Shown here: positions 54,870 to 64,000 of the stretch, piece by piece
Position numbering within the stretch: the first letter of the stretch is position 1
Layout of the letters: the number at the start of each line of letters is the position of its first letter
Made by a program: the position numbers and the translations under genes
From: Rhynchopus sp. YZ270_cl-10
Taxonomy: Eukaryota
Length of the DNA stretch: 64,000 nucleotides
Direction: 5' to 3'
Assembly (NCBI GenBank): GCA_964035575.1
Contig: OZ037835.1
Coordinates: forward strand, 682,001-746,000
The notes under the pieces: generated by a model
Told to the model about the DNA's origin: nothing
What the model saw: only the letters and a program-made list of their open reading frames with translations
Databases searched by the model: none

Positions 54870-57482
54870 TCAGTGCAGGTGTACAACGTACGGTGCATAA
54901 GCCTTCTGCTCCACATAGCCGGCAAGCTCTTCGTAAGGTGTGCGTTGGTCCTGAGCGACGGTGTCCAGCAGAGAAGACGCCTTCTCAAAGTCCTGTTTGA
55001 TGATGTGCTCGAAGACCTCGTTCCACAGTGTGTGCGGGTTGTTTGCGGCAGACTCCAGCTGGTACATCCACTCCTCATCTGCGCTGCTGCACAGCCCACG
55101 TACGGTAAACACGGTCTGTGCCTTCTCGCTCAGCTTCTCGTACAACATCGAGCCAGCACAACGCAGTACCACCTGTCCCTCCGCCTCACGCGAAATGTTC
55201 TGGTCAACCACACCAGGGAGGTCACGCTTCTTGTTCCAACGCTCCATCACAACCACCCACGACATGGACTGCGAAAGAATCGACATCTTCTTCATCCCGT
55301 TGCAGCCCATGTTCCCGACACGTGCCTCGCCTGTCGTGCACCCGTACGAGATCTTGTGTGCATCGCCAAGTGCTGTTGCCACTTCGTGTGCAGCCTTTAC
55401 ACAAGCAGCACTGTGCGATGGCTTCGGAACAAAGGCATTGAAGGTGGCAAGCATCTTGTCCCCTGCGAACGTGTCGCACACACCTTTGTTGTGCTGCACT
55501 GCTGACATGATGTGCTCCACAATACCACCGTGTGCGGAGAGCACCTCTGCGTCCTTGTGCTTCTTGCAGAAGGCGTGCCACGATACGACGTTCATGTGTG
55601 CCAGCGACACCTTCTTCTTCTTCATCCCTTCCACACGCAGCAGTGCCTTCTGGTTCTGCATCGCAACAACTGAACTCTGTGACGTACCTGAAGGGGACAT
55701 GCCTGACTTCTGCGACTTCATAGTCGAAGATTCCTCTGTCACGGATGCTTCTTTATCACTGTCATTAACAAGCACACTCTGCGGCATGTAGTTCCGGTAC
55801 TCCACCAGGTTCGCCACCATGGTAACAAAGCTGCACTGCATCATCCCCACTTCACTCAGCTGCGACACTGCACGGCCCGTGTCCACAGCCTCCAGGTCCA
55901 TCACAGCCACACTTGCCATCTCACTCCCAAGCTTCAGCAGAGGGGACGTGATGTAGCGTGTGAACACAACAGCAATGGCAAGAAGTCCTATGACCGCAAC
56001 AGCCGTCACAACCACCATCACAATCACCGCATCCTCCTTCTGTGCGTCTGCAGAGGACAGATCTGATGCCACCTTCGCACGGATTGCATTCGTCGACGCA
56101 TCAATTGTCTCCATCACAGACACCCTCGGCACAAGAAGGTTCGCGAATAATTTGATCGTTTTGTGTTGAATTGTCGTTGCCACTGTCCAGAACTCCGTGC
56201 CGTTCGAGTCAGACCACTTCAGGAAGGAGTCCTCTGTCATCTCCACAAGGTCTCTGTAGTTCTGTGGGTGTGTGAACACAAACCGCCCATGCTCTGCAAT
56301 CACTGAGGGGATGTGCGACGTCGCGTCTTCCATTGAGTGGTTCGTGATGTTAAAGCCGTACGCGACTATGGTAGGAGTACCCCAGGGAGTTACAGAAGGC
56401 TCCACCCGTATATGCCTACCTCTGTTGTATGCGACAAGCGTTCCTGTTGAGTCAGATACAGGGTCGTGCTCCACCAGGTACAGCGACGTGCCGGCTGGGA
56501 GCAGCTGTGCACGCACTGCCTTCTTTATCCCGTCTCCAGTCACCGTTGCCGTCATAACACCCACACGCTTGCCCTGCTTGGGGTGCATCGTGTACATCTC
56601 TGGGTGGGTGAAGGTGTAGCTCAGCTCCCAGTACATCATGTCCCACTGCACCCGAACGTTTGTGTAGATCAGTGTCTCCGTGGGGTGCAGGGGTGGGTCA
56701 TTGGCACCCAGGTTGTAGATCTGCTTGCCACGGTTTAGCTGGCCTGGCGTGCCCACAGGCTCGCTTGCATCCATGGGAAATGCGCACCCACCACGCCACT
56801 GGCCCTTGTTGTAGTCTGGGTAGAAGTTGCACGGCAGATGTGGGAACCTTCTGTCACCTCTATCGGTGGCTTCCGCTAAGGAGACCCAGTCAGATATACC
56901 CACCGCCCCCGTCACATGGTCACGCATCTCGTACACCATGAGGACCTGGGAGCCGTTCGTCGGAGGGACACCAATGGCAGAGTTCACATCCCTGAACGCC
57001 ATCCGCGAGCCCCACCCTGCAAACCCGTCCCCCCTCTTCCACGGAACAGGATGTGCTGGGGACCACGGGTACGTTTCGTACCTAATCAATTCCAATCCGG
57101 ACGTCGTCCCAGCACGATAAGCGGAGATCAAAGCAGGGCGCATAACCGCATCCGCAAAGGCGGGGCTCGTGCTGACGTTTGGGTGGTGCGCCTTCGCAAG
57201 GTTGGCCATGGATAGTACCAGCTGCTCAGGCACCTTCAGGTACTCCTTCACTGCAGTGTCCACGTTGCCAAGGACGGAGCGCAGGTAGCGCGACGAGACC
57301 GTTTCGATGTCCGCTGTACCACTGTCGAGACACATCCCAAAGCCCTCGTCACCTGTGTCACGTGCCTTCTCCAGAAGGTCGTCCCATGTTGTCAGAGTGA
57401 AGCCACCGATGATCGCACCTGTCGACAGAATCAGCACCACACACAGCAGCACTGTCAGCGACTGGATGCTGCATGTCGCCAT
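54870..57482 (-). CDS. Receptor-type cyclase-like protein, copy 6
   Basis: Intact 870-aa paralogue. Confidence 0.9.
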   Translation of the reverse strand: MATCSIQSLTVLLCVVLILSTGAIIGGFTLTTWDDLLEKARDTGDEGFGMCLDSGTADIETVSSRYLRSVLGNVDTAVKEYLKVPEQLVLSMANLAKAHHPNVSTSPAFADAVMRPALISAYRAGTTSGLELIRYETYPWSPAHPVPWKRGDGFAGWGSRMAFRDVNSAIGVPPTNGSQVLMVYEMRDHVTGAVGISDWVSLAEATDRGDRRFPHLPCNFYPDYNKGQWRGGCAFPMDASEPVGTPGQLNRGKQIYNLGANDPPLHPTETLIYTNVRVQWDMMYWELSYTFTHPEMYTMHPKQGKRVGVMTATVTGDGIKKAVRAQLLPAGTSLYLVEHDPVSDSTGTLVAYNRGRHIRVEPSVTPWGTPTIVAYGFNITNHSMEDATSHIPSVIAEHGRFVFTHPQNYRDLVEMTEDSFLKWSDSNGTEFWTVATTIQHKTIKLFANLLVPRVSVMETIDASTNAIRAKVASDLSSADAQKEDAVIVMVVVTAVAVIGLLAIAVVFTRYITSPLLKLGSEMASVAVMDLEAVDTGRAVSQLSEVGMMQCSFVTMVANLVEYRNYMPQSVLVNDSDKEASVTEESSTMKSQKSGMSPSGTSQSSVVAMQNQKALLRVEGMKKKKVSLAHMNVVSWHAFCKKHKDAEVLSAHGGIVEHIMSAVQHNKGVCDTFAGDKMLATFNAFVPKPSHSAACVKAAHEVATALGDAHKISYGCTTGEARVGNMGCNGMKKMSILSQSMSWVVVMERWNKKRDLPGVVDQNISREAEGQVVLRCAGSMLYEKLSEKAQTVFTVRGLCSSADEEWMYQLESAANNPHTLWNEVFEHIIKQDFEKASSLLDTVAQDQRTPYEELAGYVEQKAYAPYVVHLH

Positions 57483-57966
57483 TGTTCAGAGGTATCCAGA
57501 AAGGGAAGAATGTGCTGGGGATGTGTGTGTGGTGTGTGGGTTGGGTGTGGGCCAAGGCACGTCAGACTTGCTGCAGCATTTTGGTGCCAATGTCGTTCCG
57601 TAGTTGCTTGGTGGACTGTGTGGAAAGAACAGTGAAATGCACACCTCTACCTGTCAGTGAAATGTGTCTCGAGTAGGGGCACGGTGTTCAATTTCCTTTT
57701 AGCATTGCAGGTAATTATTTCTCATAAAAAACCCATTTAAACCCGGGAAAAAAACTGGTTTCAAAAAAAAAGCCCTGCATTCGTCTTGGAAAAGAGGCAA
57801 AATGTAAGAGACAGGACTCTCTGTTGATTCTAAAACGGGGGTGGGTCAAAAATCGCGAATAAACTGGGGAAGATGTTTAGTTGGGACGCTTCCTCACCCC
57901 AGACCACTCAGACTGCATTCGTCTTGGAAAAGAGGCAAACACAAAGAGCAAGTACGCACAGTGCGC

Positions 57967-58790
57967 TCACTCCTTGCTATTCAAAAGAATCCGTCTCGCA
58001 AGTTCAGGTTCCACAGCATCAGCATTGCGACAGCCAAATGCACGAGGAACTATTGGAGGGACACCGATCACTCTCTTCAGCCGTAACCATCAATCGTCCC
58101 GTCTTCCCCAGTGCAGATGCTCCACACACGCACGGTCTTGTCATCGCAACCACACATCACTTCGCGTCCATCAGGGCTCACAGCAATACTGCACAAACGA
58201 CAAGGTGCTTGAATGTCTGCCACCTGCTCACCAGTGGTCATGCTCCATATACGCACAGTACCGCCACCGTGCCGAGCGCACGACACCATGTGGCATCCAT
58301 CGGGTGTGATTGCCACTCCACACACCCTTGAATGCTTCAAGACACCACCTTCCCGCCAGCATCCCACACACGCAGAGTGTTTTCGTTATGAGAGTGTGAA
58401 ACAACACGAGAGCCATCGGGAGTCACAGCCACACCATAGACATTATTGTCGTAGCCTTTGAACACCATCGTCTCTTCTCCAGTGTGCAGTTTCCACATGC
58501 GTACGGTGTTGTAAGAGCACGACACCACATGCACACCATCAGGAGTCACTACCACTCTCATGTTTTTCCCGGGACTAACACGTCCTTGAAACGACACCAG
58601 CTCCTTCCCACTCATCATGTTCCACACACTATGAGTGCCGTTACGCCAAGTACACGTCACCACGTGAGATGCATCGGGAGACACTGCAACACCTGCCAGT
58701 TCTGAGCACTCCTTCAGCAACACCGCAAACTCATTGGAATTTGTGCATAACGTCCCTTCCTTCCCCGTCGCAACGTTCCACACATGCATG
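57967..58790 (-). pseudogene. WD40-repeat gene, frameshifted and 5'-truncated
   Basis: VAVSPDASHVV, VAVTPDGSRVV, DKTVRVW repeats spread across three frames; C-terminus paralogous to 62888-64000. Confidence 0.8.
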
Positions 58791-58916
58791 TGTAAAGTGG
58801 GGTAGTGAAGCGTCGTGAGGGTGCTGATGATAAGAATGAGGGTCATGGGATGATCTGAAGCCTCTCACATTGGCAGGTGGAGGAGGTGAAGGGCCTCGTC
58901 AGCATGATCAGTGCCT

Positions 58917-61900
58917 CTACTCCTTCTGCCCTGTAGTGTGCCTAAGGAACTCCACCTTGACCAGCTGCTGCACCAGCGCCTCGAGTTCTTCTTGGTTCAT
59001 CGCTGCTATGGCAGCGTTACCGGCCGCTGTATCACAGAAGGAGGCACGGGCGGAGTATGGCCCGTCGTGTGTCGGCGACGCGTTCACCTTGCTTGTGGAG
59101 GGGCGGAATGGGTGGTCCTCCAGCCTCTCGTGGAGGGACAGCACACTGACTGCCTCTTCGTTGTGTGGGTCGTCCAGCGTGACGCCCCGTTGTGCCAGCG
59201 ACGGTGTGCTGCTCAGCGTCATCTGCCTTCCCGCTCTGAGTCTCCCATAGATAGCCTTGGCCGTCTTGAACGCTTCTTTGGCATTAGGGTGGCGTGTCTT
59301 GAGCCGGCGGAAGCAGTACTTCTTCATGTCCAAGGCATCGTCGTATGGTGTGTTGCCTTTTCTGTCGCGCGCAAAGAGCTGCGAGTGTTTATGGTCGAGA
59401 GGGAAACCATTCGACCAACCCTGGGTGTTGTTCGCACACCGCCAGATGGAGGGCAGTGCGGCCATCGTAGTCTGCATCTGCGAGGGTGCACCCAGAGATT
59501 CTCAGGGCATTCAGAAAGACCTGGTCGTTCTCTCTGGCAGCAGCGCACAAACAGAAGCCAAGCTTCGGGTCCAACGGCCATTCCTCCTCACTATGCGAGC
59601 TCCGGTATGAGTCACGCAGTGCACGCACAATCCCATCCTGTCTGTGGCACGCAGTCACAGCAGTCATGCTGCTGCTGGCATAGCTGAGTGCCTGGTCGAT
59701 CACCGCGCGGGGGACCTGCGTCTGCCCAGCGACGGGGTTGGTGCTGTTGATGACCACCATAGGGGTGGCTTCGTTGATCAGCATTTTCTCTTCGTCATCC
59801 TCAGGACGGTACGATACTGACATCTGTTGTCTCCCCAAGAAGCTGCCCCTCGAGGAGCGTGCCAACACCGACTGATGGCATCTCGGACACTCTGTGTCCA
59901 TCATCGATTTGTTGCCGTCCTGAAAGTCTGGCTCCACCAACTCCTCCTCCGCCTCAAGCACTGTCTCCAGCTCCTCCAACAGCGCAAGGTGCGCACGCTT
60001 CGTCCTACTCGATCGGAGACATCGGGAGGACCGCCTTCTCAAGATCCTCTTTGCAGACCTCAATCGCCTTCGCAACGGTGTTGTGCGCTGTATCACCCCA
60101 ACGGTCGTACATATTGCGGTTCGCCTTTTTGTACAATAAATATTTTACCGCCTTTTTGCGTGCTTCGCTGACGGTGCCGGTTTCAGCCGCTTCGTCCATC
60201 CACTCTTCGCAGGAGACGTGGAGTGCAGAGCGCTGGTCGTAGTCCACCAAGTCTACGACGCCTGGCCAAGAGAAAAGAATTTTGAGTTGATGCAGATCTC
60301 CTTCCATCGCTGCAGTGTTGAGTCGTGACAGCGCAGCGTCTGGGTTGGTGAGCGCGCCTTTGCAGCGCAGGAAGTTCGCCATGGCTGCCAGGTGGCGGGC
60401 GTGAATGCGATCGTCGCGGTTGTGGTGCACGCTCTTCGCCTGGAGTGCGTCCATGGCGTACTGCAGAGGGGTGCGCTTGAAGTTGTCTGACTCATTGACA
60501 CAGACTTTGTTGTCGAGAAGCATAACGACCTTTGCTGCCTCTGAGTTTTCTTGCAGCCATTTCGTGCATGCATCAGAGGTCGGGTCGAAGCCGGCAAACT
60601 GCGCCTCCAGCTGCCGTCTCACGATGCTGTCCTCATGCCAGAAGAGCCCCGAGGCACAGCTGGCGACGACGTGAAATGCGTTGCGCCCGGCACGGTTGCG
60701 TTCCCCAATCCACAGATCAGGCATCGTGTCGTAGATGGTCTGTTTCAGCCACAACGATTTGAAGTCGCCCTTTCCAATCGCATCGCACACTTTGTCTGCA
60801 AGAAGCATTTTGTCCTGATCATCATAGAAGGAGCCGTCATACCCTGCCTCGCATATCTGACATAAATCCAACCCGACTGCGTCGTCCACATCATTCACCT
60901 CCAGGTTCTGCTTGAAGCAGCACCGCATCGCCCGCATCAACAGATACGTCCACACCCCGCTGTACACCGTTGTCACCGCCACCGCAGCCAACTGCTTCCG
61001 CAACAGCGATCCGTCTCCGCCAAACGCAATGCCCTCAGGGCTGCTTCCCCACCGTCGCATCGCCAAAAATCCCAATCAAGGACGAACCCACCATCCCAGG
61101 TGCGCCTTGCAACGCAAAGCAGTCAAGCACATCGTCAAAGTAGGGACTTCTCTGCACGTATTTCATCGCAACATAGGCGCTGTACGAAGAGCAGACACCG
61201 ATGCACATTGCGCCTTGTGGAGAAGTAAACCCTGAGCCTGCTGTGATGCCCCCTAACCCCGATAGGGCACCACTCACAAAATAGCCGAGTTGGAATTTCC
61301 GGTCTTCGTAGTACGAGAGACACATCCACACGAAAGACCCAGAGCAGGCAGCGAGATGCGTGCTCATCATGGCGACTGCAGCCTGCAGGTTCGCGCCCCC
61401 AAGCACTCCCGCCGTTGAAGAAATACCACCCCGCCCAGATGAAGAAACTCCCCGTCGCAAAGAGAGGCAGGTTGTGGTGCTGCTTCGACGCAGTCTCCAT
61501 ATACCTTCTGTGCTTCAGCATCCCTGCGATCACCAAACCACTCACCCCACTGCTCGTATGAATCACCATACCCCCCCCGCAAAGTCCTGCACACCCCACT
61601 TCTGCATCCACCCATCTGGATGCCACAGCCAATGCGCCAAAGGGTAGTACACCAGCAGAGGCCACACCACGACAAAGGTGATGAAGCCTTTCATCGTAAA
61701 CTTCTCTGTCCACGCTCCCATCACAATGACAGGGGTCATTAAGGCGAACATCATTTGGAAGGCACACCACGTCATCGCCGGGATCGTCTGTGCAGGCTCA
61801 CGCGGAACAGAAGCGGGTAGCTGTCCGGCCGTCCGATGATACCCCCCACAGAGTCCCCCCAGAACAGCGAGAACCCGACGGCAGTATACAACAGCGACCC

Positions 61901-62071
61901 TATCACCCCCACCATCGTCTGCGTGATCATCGACAGCACGTTCTTCTTCCGGAGAAGGCCTGCCTGCGCGATTCCCATCGCGGGGGTTAGGATGAACACG
62001 AACGTCGTCGCAAAAATCATAAACGCAGTGTCACCCGCGCCATTCCGACCACATCGGATGGGGGTCACCAA
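58917..62071 (-). pseudogene. amt: Ammonium transporter (Amt/Mep family) fused to C-terminal ankyrin repeats; ~6 frameshifts
   Basis: GDTAFMI, FQMMFA, DFAGG-MVIH, HNLP, WAGWYFFNGGS, DDVLD motifs, then DNFKRTPL, DYDQRSALH, DRWGDTA, DYDGRTALHLA, DRKGNTP in successive overlapping frames. Confidence 0.85.
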
Positions 62072-62887
62072 AAGGAGATACTATAAAAACAAAATGCAAT
62101 AAATGAATCTGATGGTGGTGGTGGTGGGTGGGTGGGTTGTAATACGCAAAAGGGGGCGAGGGGAGGGAAGAAAGTGAAAGTTGATTGTTCATCTTTGTTT
62201 CTATCTCAACAGACCTGCTTCAGTAAGATGCAGGATCATCGGTTGGCAACCTTTAAAAGCGGGAACACTGTAAAGTGCCCTTTTGCACCGTAGGGTAGTG
62301 AAGCGTCGTGAGGGTGTTGATGATAATATTTTATCTGCACCCGCAACGTAAACACCACTTGCATTTAGAATAAAATATTTTCCTCTCCTTTGTTCTTCCA
62401 CGCGTGCTAGATTTTGTGTTCGCTTATTTATCAAAAACCTTTCCCTCTCGCCACTCCCTGCCTTTGCCCCCTTGGCTCACCTGCTTGGTACGCATACAGC
62501 GGATGAGTCGTTACATGAAAACTACTGGTGTATATCGGAATATATAGGAACCAAATTGTAAAGTCGGAAAAGAATAGTGTACAGTGGAAGTGGCAGTGTG
62601 TGTCACTCCAAAAACCAAGTGGTCAAAGCACAACGCATGCATGGTAGTGAAAACATGCGCAACAAGCAAGTCTGCAGGTGTTATGTTCTAACGTAGCACA
62701 AACTAACGTAAACATCCACAAAACGAACAGAACACATGTGTAATCGCAACACATCTTGGAAAAGACGTGTGAATATGAACAGACAACACACTTAGTGCAC
62801 TGTAAGTGTAACACCTCGACAAGCCGCTCTTCTGTCCTCGCACAACGCACCCGCAGTGGCATGAGGGCACCACCGCACGAGGCAGTG

Positions 62888-64000
62888 TCAACACCATTCG
62901 TCCTCGTCACTCTCTTCACATTCCTCAGAGTTTCCAAACTCCACTGTTCCCACTACGCCATAATTATAACTAAAACTGCGCTCATCACAAAGAATCCGTC
63001 TCGCAAGTTCAGGTTCCACAGCATCAGCATTGCGACAGCCAAATGTACAAGAAACTGTTGGAGGGACACCGATCACTCTCTTCAGCCGCAACCCATCAAT
63101 CCTGCCGTCTTCCCCAGTGCAGATCGTCCACACACGCACAGTGTTGTCCCGACAACTACAGATCACTTCGCGTCCATCAGGGATCACAGCAACGCTGTAC
63201 GAACCCCAATGTTCTTTTTGCACCACTATCTCTCCAGTGGTCATGCTCCACACAAGCATAGATAAGCGGGACGACGTCACCAAGTGAGCTCCATCAGGTG
63301 TCAGTGCCACGCCGTCGAGGAGAGCACCACATTCCAAGGTGAAGACCTCCCTCCCGCTGGCAACATCGCGCACACTCACATTCTCGTTCTCAGAGCCTGA
63401 AACAACACGAGACCCATCGCAAGTCACGGCTTCGCCTTTAAAGATTTGTTCAGCATCAAGTTTGCTGCTTTGCTGTAGAATGCAACCATTTTTGTATAAT
63501 CCTCCTTCAACTACCTGTGTCTGCCTGCCGGTGGATGCGTTCCAGATGGAGTACCCCTTGCCACCGTACGAAATGATAGATCCATCAGGGGACAGTGCCA
63601 CAGACTTTCCTGAGAGTCCTTCGAAACCTGGTGTCTCCTTCCCTGTCGTGATGATCAACACTCCAACACTAGTGTTGCTGGAGCATGAAACCACGTGGCA
63701 TCCATCTGGTGACACTGTAACTGCTGCCACTGAAGTACCAAAATACCCTACCAACACCGTCACCTCCTTCCCAGTCGAAATGCTCCAAACGTGCACAGTG
63801 CCTCTCTCGGATCCAGCAACGACGTGACATCCATCGGGAGTGACTGCCACTGATGTCAACTTGGCGTCGGCACGGAACACCATCACCTCTGCCCCAGTCG
63901 AGAGGTTCCAAAGATGTGCGTCATCAGAGCACGAAACAACATGGCATCCATCGGGAGTGACTGCTAGTGCATGCGAAGACTCCACACAACAAGGCCACTG
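62888..64000 (-). CDS. WD40-repeat protein (5' end probably beyond the window)
   Basis: Repeated AVTPDGCHVVS...VWS motifs; frame is open to the window edge. Confidence 0.85.
   Translation of the reverse strand, partial: QWPCCVESSHALAVTPDGCHVVSCSDDAHLWNLSTGAEVMVFRADAKLTSVAVTPDGCHVVAGSERGTVHVWSISTGKEVTVLVGYFGTSVAAVTVSPDGCHVVSCSSNTSVGVLIITTGKETPGFEGLSGKSVALSPDGSIISYGGKGYSIWNASTGRQTQVVEGGLYKNGCILQQSSKLDAEQIFKGEAVTCDGSRVVSGSENENVSVRDVASGREVFTLECGALLDGVALTPDGAHLVTSSRLSMLVWSMTTGEIVVQKEHWGSYSVAVIPDGREVICSCRDNTVRVWTICTGEDGRIDGLRLKRVIGVPPTVSCTFGCRNADAVEPELARRILCDERSFSYNYGVVGTVEFGNSEECEESDEDEWC

Overview
Eukaryotic, largely intron-poor genomic DNA; the gene organisation and protein families suggest a euglenozoan-type protist (inference). 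The backbone is a tandem array of six co-oriented (- strand) paralogues of a ~870-aa two-TM receptor: large extracellular domain, HAMP-like linker and a degenerate class III nucleotidyl-cyclase domain. The copies are almost identical except for a few hypervariable extracellular segments. Copy 4 is disrupted by a 5'-truncated non-LTR retrotransposon that carries an RNase H domain and has a 15-bp TSD. The spacers between paralogues are inflated by nested DNA transposons: two transposase-coding hAT elements with 8-bp TSDs, TA-flanked non-autonomous elements, TG...CA elements with 5-bp TSDs and foldback palindromes. They also hold a set of related perfect 7-9-bp satellite expansions. The right end has a frameshifted ammonium transporter-ankyrin fusion between two WD40-repeat genes. 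Host genes and transposases are preceded by C/A-rich tracts ending in CAG, and a probable 52-nt intron ends the same way, suggesting an unusual 3' splice-site signal.
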